Of a stretch of DNA of 64,000 bases, positions 25,772 to 39,380 are shown piece after piece. Source of the DNA: Tubiluchus corallicola. Its lineage: Eukaryota > Animalia > Priapulida. The stretch lies in the NCBI GenBank assembly GCA_030141605.1, contig JAQGDQ010000091.1, positions 606,139-670,138 of the forward strand, read 5' to 3'. Each line of letters opens with the position of its first letter. The stretch's first letter is position 1. The notes below the pieces were generated by a model. The model saw nothing but the letters and a program-made list of their open reading frames with translations. It had not been told where the DNA came from and did no database searches. The translations under genes were made by a program, and so were the position numbers.

Positions 25772-27920
25772 TTAAATGTTATTAATCCATCTTTTGATTT
25801 TATACTTAAGGGTGCTGAATTCCATTAGTTGATTGCTGTTTAGCTTACTGAATTGTGTCCATATGTGTTTTTTTGTAAGTAACTGTTTTAGATTATAGGT
25901 GTGTTCGTTTTTATGTTTATCGTGCATAAATAATAAAGTATTTTCTTTGAAAGCAGGAATTATATCATTTATATATTTAAATAGATATATTAAGTTATGG
26001 TAATGAATATTTGATTCTATAATGGGTATTCTTAGTTTTTCTCTATTGGTAGTGGCTGAGTATACATGGTGTTTATTTTTTTTAGAAAAGTGACCTAGTA
26101 CATGTTTGAGTGCATAATTTTGAGTTTTACCTAGCCTATCTGTTTGGGTTTTAGAAATGTTTGCAAGTAGATGGCAGCCATAAGTTAAATGAGGCATTAT
26201 TATATATAGTTTTGTATTTTAGCAGTTTGGTATCAATAGTAGGCTGGCTATTTACTTGTTTAAGGAATGATATACTATGGCCCATCTTGCGAATTATTTT
26301 GTTGATGTGTTCTTCCCAATTAAGCCTATTATTTCAGTCCTAAGAATTTTGTAATGCTGGATAGAGGTATGGTTTCATTGAATATTTTTAATTTCATGGT
26401 TTTGGTGTTTGATATTACTTCGCTGGTGTTAGTGGATGTTAGTAGCATGAAAATAGTTTTGTCGGGATTCATTTGTAGATAATGATAATCAAAAATGTAT
26501 TTCATTTCTTGTGTATTCTTTTGCAGATCTTTTATAGCTATTTCTGGGTGTTTGTTATTTATAGAGATACTAGTGCCGTCTGCATATTGTGTAACGTGGC
26601 AGTTGTTTTGTATTGCTTTTGGGGTGTCATTTACATATATAATAAATAACAAGGGGCCGAGAATAGTGCCCTGAGGGACTCCGTTTTTAACTTTTCGACA
26701 TTCTGAATACGTTATATTGTGATTGTTCAGCTTTACTCTTTGTTTTAGATTTGATAGATGATCTTTTATTAAGTTAGTCGAGAAGTTATCAAATCATATT
26801 GTATTGAGTTTTTTGCATAAGATGGCATGAGACAAGCTATCAAAGGCTTTACTTAAATCTAGAAACCCGGCAGCAATATATTCATTATGATCTATGAAGT
26901 ATCTCCAGTTTTCTGTGACATAGGTCAGGGCATCTATCGTGCTATATTTTTCTATATCCAAATTGGCTTTTATTTAACATGCTATTTTCATCGAGGAATC
27001 TGTAAATTTGTTTTAAAATTACTGCTTCTAGAATTTTTGAAAAAACTTGTACAATTGAAAATGACCAGTAATTTTTTGGATCTTGTACATCTCCTTTTTT
27101 GGTTTAGGTGTAACAATTAGCTTGTTTACATATATTAGGAAATTTGCTTCGCATAATACTTTGGTTAAATATATACGATAAATGATTAGCTATAATATCT
27201 GCAGATATTTTTAATATTTTTATTGGAATGTCGCATGAGCCAGGGCATTCGTTCTGTTTTAAGTTATCAATTGTGTTTGATATTTCATATGGGGTCGTAG
27301 GCTGAAATGAAAAACTACATTCGGCATTTTTGTTTAAAAATAGTTCATCGTATTTTTTTTGTTTCGGACATTGTTTGCCTTTGTATTCTCCCATTTCGAA
27401 AAAGGTTGTGTTCAGGATGTTAGCTATGTCTTTCTCGTTGTTTTATCCTAGATTTAACTTGTTTATATGTATACTATCTTTACTTTTGTTAATCACATCG
27501 TTTATTATTTGCCATTTTTCTTTCGTAGATTTTGCATTTTTGCATTTGTTATTATAGTATGCGTTTCTTAAATTTGAATTTTTTGTATTGAATATGTTTC
27601 TGAACTTTTTATATTTATTGTGATCACTAGTTTTCTTTGATTGTAAAGATGTAGTCAGTGTTTCTCTTTTCTTTTTCTTGCAGTTTAGTTAGATCTGGGG
27701 TCCACCATGGCGGATTTGTTTTTCCCTTTTTATTTCGGTTGGCTATTTTTATTTTTTGAATAGGAGCATGCACGTCTAAGCAAAAAGTTATGTTATTTGT
27801 TAATATATCTATCTCTGCATCTATGTCGAGTGATTCGTATATCTGTCTCCAGGGCATTCTAGTTAGATCATTTTTAAACTGGTACTCGTCAATATTATTA
27901 GCGTCTCGGTAATAAGTCCA
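25772..27920 (-). mobile_element. Degraded 5'-truncated non-LTR retrotransposon (CR1/L2/Crack group), RT domain
   Basis: Minus-strand fragments: linker YRDANNIDEYQFKNDL..MPW, CPGSCDIPIKILK...LSYIFNQSI, DLSKAFDSLSH, GVPQGTILGPLLFIIYVNDTP, YADGT (YADDT), KFLGL, PHLTYGC; multiple frameshifts; endonuclease absent. Confidence 0.92.
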
Positions 27921-28192
27921 CCGAAAAACGAGATAACAGAAAATATTGAAACGTACGCACAAGCCCTTGATTGCACTAGTCTGGCTTCCTTTTAGTAGCT
28001 GAAAGAGATTTTTGTAAGAGGATTTGGTAGACTATTTACAAATATTGAAATTTAATGAGCTTAGCTAAAAGCAGAAACAGCAGATTTTGTCTTTATCGGG
28101 TACTTTGCCCAACAATCGATGTATGTAAGTCGAGGTTCTCTACCAGACGTACGTAGTGCGTTCGTCAAGAAGACGGAAATCTGGAGCTTTTG

Positions 28193-28356
<164 letters not shown>

Positions 28357-28430
28357 CTTTATTTAAACTCGGCTTTTTGAATAAGCTCAAAGAACCTTTT
28401 CCCGTATGCAATAACAATTCTTACAGCTAC

Positions 28431-28556
<126 letters not shown>

Positions 28557-31500
28557 AATGCAAATATGACATAACAGAGGCTATTATTACTCTGCTTTTA
28601 ACATAAATACCGTGCGCCAGGTAGGGCAACAACAGGTACCATTTTTAAAATCTTTGATATGTTCCGACCGAACTATATTATGAAGTCCTTTCGACAATAA
28701 ACTCTACGGCTTTACCGGAAGTGACTTTTACACATTAAGCTAAAAGTTTTAAAAGCACATCGGCGACAATCGCCTTTTGCCCGACTTTATCGACTATAAT
28801 AAGTAAAAACCAAAAAATCGGATTTGTTGGACATATCTAACTTACTTGTCAGAGGTTTTCAAAAGCTTCTTAACGAATTTTATAAAATGGATGTACTCGC
28901 ATTGACCTGAAATTGATATGGATCGAGGATATGCAGATTTCAATAAACAACACTGAATCATTACTCCAAATGAGAGCGCGGGAAATGTAAAAATCTCGGA
29001 CTCCAACCTTTGGGTGACGTTTAACAAATTGCGATTTTACATATAATGACCTTGGCGCCTTTGCAGTGTTATAATAAGCGTCAGGTCTCGTCAGTCATCC
29101 ATTCAACCTTTTCAAATCAATAACTTGAATAGTGCACAAGTCAGGGTACCCAAATAATTTGACTCTAGTCAAAATTCAGAGGTCAAACAGGTGGAAGTCC
29201 TAACCAAACTAGACTTCTTCGTAGTACAGCTGTATTGCGAATAAGAGAACAAAATTCCAAGACTCGTTTAAACGATCTATCATTATCGTTATTTATTAGA
29301 CGCAAGAATAAAGATATACATTTTATACATGAGTAAAAGTAAGTAGCAAACAATATGACAGAGGAGTGACAACAAAACCCGTTTTTAAACCGTAACTTAT
29401 TTTGATTTGTAGTTTAAAATAAACGTCCTATTATTTGTAATAACGGCTAAAACATCGCTTATAAGTATTAGCCGAAGCTTAATAAACGCACTGTTGGACA
29501 CAGTTTTTCAATAGCAACTATCGTCCATGTGCGTCTTTCGCACGAGGAAAAATATGGCTCCCCTTTGAGAATAGAAAAACTTCAAAGTTTCGACTTATTT
29601 TCTCGTTTCACTATTTAAATTTCTCGTTTATCACTTGGCCAACGCGTGATTTCAAGAGATTACCTTGGTTTGTGTACGGAGACGAGTTAAAGATATCGCT
29701 ACTAATTTGCCTTCCTGCGTCTCTCTTTGTATAATAGTTTATCCACGGTTCTGATCAACGCGTTTTCGTTTAGCAGACGTGGTTGCCCATATAAATATGT
29801 ATGGAAACTTCAGGGGTTTTGATTCTTGAATGTGATATTTTAGAAAAGATAATTCCTGTCCGAGTATTTCCGATCGCACAGATTTTGAGCTGTGATCCTG
29901 TTTTCTTTTTAAATGTACCGATAGTACAGCACCACAAAAGATGTACTCGAAAAAAGCTTATAACTCTGAAACTGCAAAGAGTAATTATAAAACAGGATGT
30001 AGATGTTAGCGGGATGTCAGTGACTTTGAGGATGCGATGTACTCAAAAATGAATTTCCTAAAAAGACATACACGCGGCATATTGGAAAAACACTTCTAGG
30101 ACAGAGCCAAAATTGGTTATTACTTAAATTTGACATGCGGAAGGTGTTATTGTGTTTCACTTTCCCATCTTATACTGCGTGTCAGTACAATGCAATATTT
30201 GCAAAGTTGCAGGCCAATGCCTAGCAGCCAGGACATTGTTTTTAAAAAAACATGATTGTATTTTGCACCGCACGAAATCACTTACTAGACTTGAATAAGT
30301 ATTACCTTTAAGGTACTGGCCATATGTAGCAGTTCTGTTGTTTGTTGCTATCTGTAGAACTTTATAGCTTTATGACAGTTAAAGATTTTTGCAGTTTCAA
30401 TTCGCGCGCAATGCTCGTGTAGCGTTGATAAATTGGCTTTCAATGAGTGAATGCGTATAATAGCGTCTTTAATGTGATCCTCTGGCTTTCATTTTATTCT
30501 GATCAAGTTACAAAACGCTGACGAAGCCAGACATTACAGCCATTTTATCTTGAGAATCGTACTAGGATCATTTTGCAAGTCTTCGAGGCTTATCATTTCG
30601 ACATTCTTTATGCTATACCGGCAAAAACCAATGGGTCAATCACGTTTCAGCTTCGCCACAAGCCCTTTATTGAACAAGAAATGGACGTTTGGAAATAGCA
30701 CAGTGGTCACGGTTTATGTTTAGGAACACGAGGCCTCACTAGAAAATGATTACTCCAATACAACACCGTCTACTCTCCTTGAAAAATATTTGCATTTGAA
30801 GAAGAATGTATTTATGGGAGCGATGAAAAGGAATGAGATTACATGGTACACAATAAAATTACATGGACGTATGGTCACCACATATTACGGCGTACCCTCA
30901 ACGTAGACCAAGTAGCTCATTTCGTCAAAGCTACAAGCTATAACACTTCGTCATAACAAGTTTTGGAAAGTTTCTGGGCATGTTATTTCTTACTATAAAG
31001 AACCCACTTTTTGAAGTCTTTTACTGCCTGGCTAATGGAGCTCTGTTTCACCACATTTACCACTTCGACAAACAAATTATCATTTATTTGCTTCTATTTG
31101 TTTTTATTTGCTTCTGGGAGTATTATAGCTGTGTTGTTAACATACATGTATAAATTCTTTCAAGATGCATCTTGCTTATGCACAAATTTTGTTTTCCAGT
31201 TTTTCTTCCACTGATATGATAAGTAAAGCTGCTTCTAACGCGCACGTATTAAACACATATATTTCGTTTTTTTGAAAAATCAAATTATTCCAGTGGAAAT
31301 GCTAACTCGCATGTAATAATTTAATTTGGCATAATAAACAGCAGAGATGGATGATAATACTATTACGTACAATATTCGCATAATTTCCAGCTTTCTATAG
31401 CTTAGCTATCTAGTTAATTAAATTTACTGTCGTATTCTCTGCTCTCAGCACATTTTCTAAATAAGCCATAATGCGAGTTTGCCGAAACGTGATTATTAAC

Positions 31501-32004
31501 TAGGCACTCATCATTTTGAGATCATTAGTGCCCCGGCCATCAACTCCATTAAGCAAACAGAAATCATGCAGTCATGTCCTCGATCCAGGTATGGCAGTCT
31601 GATATCAACATGGCCTACTCCATGGTTGTAACATAATCACGCACAAAACCTGCATAAAATCACACGAGTCGCGTGTAAATTAATTCCTAATATTATGTCA
31701 ACAGTGGAAAGATCTGTATGAGCTTAAAATAAACCGTTAGAATCAGGTGTTAATAATATGTATTGTAAATTCACTGTTGAACAGTGATTTTAGTGATGAT
31801 ATGATTATGCCTGCTCTTCGGATACTCGCTATTAATCAATTGTAAGTATTATGCTCAATCAAGCCGATATTTAATTTGCCGATTTGCCACATAATAATAA
31901 TTGCAACAACTTGATATATCTCTTAAAATTATAGTTTAGATGTACTGATAAGAACATTTTGATTAATTGCACAGGCCTATGAATCTATGAAACAGTAAAA
32001 TCTA

Positions 32005-32224
32005 GAAGCAGCAGCTGCAGCAGTAGCGGTAGTATAAGCAATAGTATTTACAAGTGATAGTGGTAGTGGTAGTGTTAGTGGTAGTGGTAGTGGTAGAGTG
32101 GTAGTGGTAGTGTTAGTGGTAGTAATAGTGGTAGTGGTAGTGGTAGTGGTAGTGTTAGTGCTAGTGGTAGTGGTAGTGGTAGCGATAGTGGTAGTGGTAG
32201 TGGTAGTGGTAGTAGTAGTAATAC

Positions 32225-32311
<87 letters not shown>

Positions 32312-32360
32312 CAATAGCAGTAGTATCAGTAGTGGCAGCAGCAGCAGCATCAACAGCAGT
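32005..32360. repeat. Compound microsatellite (GTGGTA)n then (GTA)n, with GCA-rich edges
   Basis: Direct inspection; explains the poly-V/poly-L ORFs. Confidence 0.95.
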
Positions 32361-35103
32361 ACGTATGGTTGCATTCTCAAAATGTTAATGTGAAAATGTC
32401 TTCATTAAATAAGCTGTTGCAGAAATCAGTGCTACTTTTTTACCTTTGCGAATCAACTGTTTTTCGTATGGCATGCTAACGGTAATTATAGGTATCATAG
32501 GTCACAGTAACCATAAGCCATATCACTTTAATTTATAGATTTATTTCGCAGTGTTTTAGTTTTTAACTCTTTTAAATTTGTATTAGTGGAAAGTAATCTA
32601 ATTAATCTTGGCTGAGGCTGTTGGGACTCTGAACCAGCCTCTCTATATCTCACGCATTATTTCGAGCTGACACTCACATCTGTGCCAAATAATTTAAAAG
32701 CATTAGCCTTTTAACTAGCTTGTCTTGTCCAAGTGTGTGAAGCTCAAAGATGGCTGCAGGCTTTGTCACGTGACCGTGCAGGCATTTGATGCATTAGCAC
32801 TTCCTCTTGCAAAGTTGAAGGTGTAAAAGCAATGCAGAAAGCGGAAATAGTGTGTGACTTTTTCGAACCAAATTGCGTTACGTACAGACTAAATGAGCCA
32901 TTAACACAAAAGATAGAAACATTCTAACTCTAAAAAAGACGTTTATCTTATCAAATAGGCCAGTTTTACGTTTTTGTATGAAAATATTCCAACTGCTGTT
33001 TAAATCAGCTGAAATTTCGTAAGAAAATGTTTTGCTGAAACATTTCAATTCGACTACGGAAGGGATATTACCACGAATATCTAGTCCTAATGTCTGCAGT
33101 GATCAGAAACGCGTTTAACAACATTGAATTATAACAGTGCAAATTGCGTGCCAATATCAGAAACGGCTTAAGATTCAAACCTTATTCGTAAATCATTTAT
33201 ATTTAGCGCTGCCTATTGCGATGCCTGCCTGTAAGTACTATAGGCTATAAGCCACGAAAGTGAAACTATGGTAACTCAACGTGCAACAAGAGGTTAACAA
33301 CAATAAAACTATCAGCCACTTTGTCATTTTGTAAATGTGTAATTACAGACTATTAAACTCATAATTGTTGGGTTTGTATAATACTTCGGCAAGGGCAACA
33401 CAGCTCTTCTTGCACAGGCGCCTGAATATGGAGCTTCTGGGCATTAAGTCAATGTGTATACATGAACATTTAACTAGGTTTAGCTTTGAATCACAGCATG
33501 AGAACCAGCCTCTTGGTTAACAGCTTTAAATTTATTAGCAGCAACTCTTGTTTCTCAAAACTTCAGCTGACAACGTTTCTTCTAATGTACGGAATCACAC
33601 TTTTTAAAATCTACAGCTAAGGAAAGTTTACCAAACTCTAAAGTCAATAATTCGCTTGGTTAATGAAAGAACCGCCTAGAAGCTTAAAGTTTTCCGAATA
33701 CAAATAATCAATGATATCAATGTTATCTTTATTAGTTTTGCAGCTTACAAAGGACTATTCGAGAACGTGGGTCTTGGTCTACATGGGCCATATGTAAGAA
33801 GGGGTTTGTAAGTTATTCCAGCATTCCAAAACACTGGACTCATATGCACTGAAACAAAATAAGACGCAAAGGATTATCGGGACTTTGTAGTAGGGTAGTT
33901 CTCTAGGACAATGTAATATTTTAGATTGTTCCAGCATGAGACAATTTTGTAATACCATGTGTATGGTCTTAAGCATTATCTTAATCATCTTAATCATTAT
34001 CTTTACCTAAATATGATCATTAATGCAATACTAAAATGAACATTCATTTAATTACCAGTCGAACATGCACACAGCACAAGCTGCACAACTTAAAATCAAC
34101 AAATTCAAAAACTGACAAAAATATTTTTATGATAATAACTTGAGAGGATACTGCGTTATAGGGAAAAACATGCATTCGTGAATTTCTTGAGTTTTCGGTT
34201 TAAACTGAGTTTTTTCCCTGTGACGTTATATGTCACTTTAGTCTGTTACGCTGTATAACATCCGTATTCATCATCTAACCGCTAAAAAGCCACATGATCC
34301 AAATAAATATAAATTGAGGCAATTATTTTGCATTTTCGCTGCGAGTGGTATTTGAGTTAAGCTTCTTTATTAGTACATCAGGCATTAACCATCCAGTGGG
34401 CTATTACTTGAGAAATAAATCTGCCATAAGTGTGCTTTGGCTGCCGGTTGCGGAACGTTGACTTTAATAACGATTTCCATCAAGAAAAATGCGTCATGGC
34501 ACATGGGTAGCACGGAAGAGTGCCTCTGCATGATGAATTGCAATGAAAGAAATGAAAGAAACTAAAATTTATTGCATCGAAACAAAGTAAACTAAGACGT
34601 TCTTAGGAAGCACTGCCACATGAATATTATTATCTATGATTTATGCAATAAGTTTTACATCGCAAAGCAATTTTTCTGTTAAAAGAAGTGAGAGAAGTGA
34701 TTTGCTAAGTGCTCGGCGTCATATTATATCGTCGGTAATGGATGCAATCAGAATAAAAGGATTATTAATAAAAATCATGCCAAGGTATTATTTTCAAAAT
34801 CATGCCAAGGTATTATTTTCAATGTCCATTCGCCATCTTCTTAATTAAGTGTTTTTAGCACTAAAGCAAAAGCGCAGTAAACATAAGAATCGTTTTTCTT
34901 TTGTCCTTTGTTTCTATATGATTTAGCCTAAATGTTACCATTTAGGTAATTCATTCTCAATGAAGTTTATAAATAATCCGTGCCTTTGTCAAGATTAATT
35001 AGCTCTACAAGGATCTTTGGAAAAATCAATGTACGCCTTATTGTCGTACGACAATGCAAACGTCATAATGTGGTTATTAAAAAAACAATCATTAATTGCC
35101 GTA

Positions 35104-36840
35104 TAGGTTTTACACGTCAAATGTAGACACGGGAAAGTTCAAATGTGACATAGGTAAGTCAAATGTAGACATAAGAATTTCGAATGTGTTTTGGTAACTC
35201 AAATGTGACTTAGGTAAGTCAAGTGTAGATGCGGTACTTTGAATAAATCGGTAATTAACTCATTTAAGTGCAAATTACAAAAAGATAAAACCAAATTAAA
35301 ATTATATTTTATGGTCATAGTGCTATCGGCAGCATCAATTTTTATTATATTTAATTAATTTGCAACTATTTGTATGAACGTTAATACATTTTTCAAATGT
35401 AAAGTAAAGAAAATGTTTATTTGATACGAACACTTAAAAGTGTTGTACATAAATAAGTGAACAGTTATACAATTATTAATATATACACCATTCTACATTT
35501 TCTTTGTCAACGTTTTACAAAAACATTTTCTGAATGATTAATCAAATCTGCAAAATTAAAATTGTAATCAATGCTCAAAAGCAGCATTTTAAATATATAT
35601 TACAGCTGACTCATGATAAGCCTTTTTTCGATTGATTTGATCGATTTCTTTATAGGTCTACTAATAGTTCACTAATATTCTGTAAACTTTACATACCATT
35701 GGTACTGTTAGAGAAAACAATACATTCTTAAAATAAACAATGTTTCTTGAGAGAAAGTAATTCATTAATGCAGTGCTAATGCATTACTTGAAAAACTAAT
35801 TAGTGATTCACTGTTCATTGGGAAGCGGGAACCGATTTAGTCTTTTCTGCCGACATTATGGTTTATCAAAGAATTTCGTTTGAGGATAAACAACGCATTT
35901 TTCAAAGTTATGAAAGAGGTGATGATTACTCACAGGGGAGCAGCCTTGCCGCCAGATTTGAGCCTGTCAATTCAAATTAAGAGGCTTCCTCCTTATTCTC
36001 CCTTTTTAAATATTGCCGAGAACGTATCTAGTCAGTGGAAGGCTGAAATAAAGCGTCTTGCAGATATTAGAGAAAATCTTCTAGTGCAAAATCACGGTCA
36101 GAGAATGGCAACATTAGCTCAGTTAGCAGAACAGTCTGTTAATATCATAAGGCCCGCAGATGCAGCCAATTATTTTCGGCATATGCAGCAGTATGTACCA
36201 CGCTACTTTAAAACCTACAATGATATTCTGATGTAAATCTTGTTCATATCAAATTTTTGTTCATGTTTATTGTTTATTTATTGTTCATTTTGCGTAATTT
36301 TTGTTAAATCAATCGAAAAAAGGCTTATCATGAGTCAGCTGTAATATATATTTAAAATGCTGCTTTTGAGCATTGATTACAATTTTAATTTTGCAGATTT
36401 GATTAATCATTCAGAAAATGTTTTTGTAAAACGTTGACAAAGAAAATGTAGAATGGTGTATATATTAATAATTGTATAACTGTTCACTTATTTATGTACA
36501 ACACTTTTAAGTGTTCGTATCAAATAAACATTTTCTTTGCTTTACATTTGAAAAATGTATTAACGTCCATACAAATAATTGCAAATCAATTAAATATAAC
36601 AAAAATTGATGCTGCCGATAGCACCATGACCATAAAATATAATTTTAATTTGGTTTTATCTTTTTGTAATTTGCACTTAAATGAATTAATTACTGATTTA
36701 TTCAGAGTACCGCATCTACATTTGACTTACCTAAGTCATATTTGAGTTACCAAAACACATTCGAAATCTCCATGTCTACATTTGACTTACCTAAGTCTCA
36801 CTTAAACTTTTCTGTGTCTACATTTGACGTGTAAAACCTA
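35104..36840 (+). mobile_element. Internally deleted Tc1/mariner-IS630 superfamily transposon bounded by ~535 bp inverted repeats
   Basis: 35104-35638 is the reverse complement of 36306-36840; TA on both sides; ATG at 35858 (MVYQRISFEDKQRIFQSYERGDDY) joined out of frame at ~35930 to a DDE C-terminus IKRLPPYSPFLNIAENVSSQWKAEIK (LPPYSPxLNPIE motif), stop at 36236. Confidence 0.9.
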
Positions 36841-37697
36841 TATTAATATATACACCAATTCTGCATTTTATTTGTCAACGTTTCACAAACATTTTTTTTG
36901 AATAATTAATCAAATTATTTTGAATAATTTCTATCCGCTACAGCGTCTTCTAACTTCTTCATTACAATCAAGCCTCTTTTTTAACACATAGGCTAACGTT
37001 GAACGGGATATGCATGGTTTTTCAGGCATGTCTCGGCGCATAGAAGATTAACTGCATAGTCTCCCATTTCTTCATCGACGAGCTTTCTTCTGAAGCCGCC
37101 ACGTGGTTTGACAATTCTACCCTCCAGTGCTCTCTTAATAATAGCCCACGCAGTTGATTTTTTATACTAAGTTGCCGTGCAAGATGTAACTAAGCATCGC
37201 CTCTTTCATAACTTTGAAAAATGCGTTGTTTATCCCCAAACGAAATTCTTTGATAAACCATAATGTCGGCAGAAAAGAATAAATCGGTTCCCACTTCCTA
37301 ATGAACAGTGAATCATTAATTAGTTTTTTAAGTAATGCATTAGCACTGCATTAATGAATTAGTTTCTCTGAATTAGAAACATTGTTTGTTTTAAGAATGT
37401 ATTGTTTTCTCTAACAGTTCCAATGGTATGTAAAGTTTGCAGAATATTAGTGAACTATTAGTAGGCCTATAACGTTGTTATTTTAACTTAGGAGCAATTA
37501 TTAAATTGAAATTAAAGAAGATTAAATTTAACATCCTTAAACTTTACCACCTATTCACATTTGAGATATCAGTGTCACATTTGACTTACCAAAAACGCTT
37601 AAAACCATTGTTAACACATTTGAAGTACCTAAGTCTACATTTGAGTTACCAAGACACATTTGAATTACCTAAATCTACATTTGAAATGTAAAACCTA
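36841..37697 (-). mobile_element. Second copy of the same Tc1/IS630-like family, opposite orientation: 5' end, UTR and N-terminal HTH region
   Basis: 37200-37470 is a diverged reverse complement of 35650-35920; ATG at 37261 (-): MVYQRISFGDKQRIFQSYERGDA*LHLARQL...KSTAWAIIKRALEGRIVKPRGGFRRK...ISRSTLAYVLKKRLIVMKK; terminus ...catttgaaatgtaaaaccta|ta matches the family end. Confidence 0.88.
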
Positions 37698-37863
37698 TAA
37701 AACAATTAGCTACATCAAAATCATCCATGGGCCTAAACTAAAAGCTGCAACTAATATTACGCATGAATTTGACATTTGACTGCGTCATTACTAGTATATA
37801 TATATATATATATATATATGTCATTACTAGTATATATATATATATGCAGAGAATAATTATCGT

Positions 37864-38335
37864 CTTCAACAGAAGAATTGTCAATGTTACTAAACAATTG
37901 TATTCTGTCTGACATTGTTCTTATCTAATGGTAACTATAACACATAGTTCCCTGCACTGTCGTTGTTTCGTTATTGTCTCCTTATTTGTTTCAGCAGATG
38001 GGTTACAACATCATAAAAAACTTCTTCAACAAAAGAATTGTCAATGTTACTAAACAATTGTATCCTGTCTGACATTGTTCTTATCTAATGGTAACTATAA
38101 CACATAGTTCCCTGCACTGTCGTTGTTTCGTTATTGTCTCCTTATTTGTTTCAGCAGATGGGTTACAACATCATAAAAAACTTCTTCAACAAAAGAATTG
38201 TCAATGTTACTAAACAATTGTATCCTGTCTGACATTGTTCTTATCTAATGGTAACTATAACACATAGTTCCCTGCACTGTCGTTGTTTCGTTATTGTCTC
38301 CTTATTTGTTTCAGCAGATGGGTTACAACATCACA
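37864..38335. repeat. Near-perfect tandem triplication of a 160 bp unit
   Basis: tcaatgttac recurs at 37881, 38041 and 38201; copies 2 and 3 appear identical and copy 1 differs at a couple of bases. Confidence 0.97.
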
Positions 38336-38399
38336 AAGTAATTAATACAACATCACAAAGTAATTAAAGAACTGCGGACAAACAAAATTTAGTGACACC

Positions 38400-39380
38400 A
38401 AAATACCGTAAAGCGCTAGTATCGTGGATCTAGGAGAACACGTAAATTGCTGATTTGTTTCGATATCAGTACATATCAGTACTCTTGGCATCCAGCTTCC
38501 CAATTTTTAATTCATGTTAATTTGTAAACGCAGATCGCTAGAGCCGTGAAACTTACAAGGTAGCTTTGAAAGTAGTACGGTGAAAGATGACTTCGGACAA
38601 AGAGTCAAGGACGCTAGACATGGGTCAGTTTTTTATTGCTCAACTGCTCCTATGGCTTTGAGCTACATTCAATTTGGTTTATAAGTATTTAGGAACGTGC
38701 GATGGATTGTGTACCTGGGCTATTAAAAGGCTGACATTTTTAGTGGATCGAGATAGGAGCCAAAATGCTTAACACCAAATATCTCTAAAACTATAGTAGT
38801 TAAAGTCACAAAACTTGCGAGGAAGACAGCTGTAATAGACACCCAGACAACTATAAAACAGGGATTATTTAAGAGTCCGAGACAGGAACCAAAATGTGAA
38901 AATTGGGGCATCCACTCTTAGTTCATGTTAACTCGCAAACGTAGAGGGATGGACACGCAAAACTCGCAGAGTGGACACCAGGGGAAAGAAGTTTTGAAAG
39001 TGGTGTGGTGTCGATACAGTTTCTGGAGTTTTATGGCACTTTTATGGGCCCGAGATAGAAGCTTTAATGCATAAAATTGAATAACGCTAAAATTATAGTA
39101 ACTAGGGTCACGAAACTTGCGAGGCAGAAACCTGGAGTAGGGGCTCCAAAAATGGTCTAGATAAAAAAACTTAAAAGGTTTTAAAAGTTGGAGACAGAAG
39201 TCAAGATGTGAAAATTAGGGCAATGTCATTGTTTAAGGAGTCCGAGGTAGGAATCGAAACCGAGATAGGAGACGAATTTTGAAAATTTGGACTAACTGTT
39301 CAATCACGCTGGACCTGGTTCATTCAAATGATAATTAGTCACGAGCAGCCTGCACACTGGTTAGTCACACTGGTTAGTTA
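38400..39380 (+). mobile_element. Possible Helitron/Helentron-associated non-autonomous element relic
   Basis: Internal ~300 bp-spaced repeats (gtcac.aaacttgcgagg; agt..gagacag.a...aa.atgtgaaaatt.gggca) and a 3' end cacgagcagcctgcacactggttagt resembling the hairpin+CTAGT end of such elements. Confidence 0.35.

Noticed and set aside
33779-33997. Minus-strand CFSAYESSVLECWNNLQT resembling a LINE C-terminal WN.LP motif
   Set aside because: Single weak motif with no adjacent RT motifs.
37864-38335. Regularly spaced repeats as a CRISPR-like array
   Set aside because: Whole units are repeated with no unique spacers; eukaryotic context; no cas genes.
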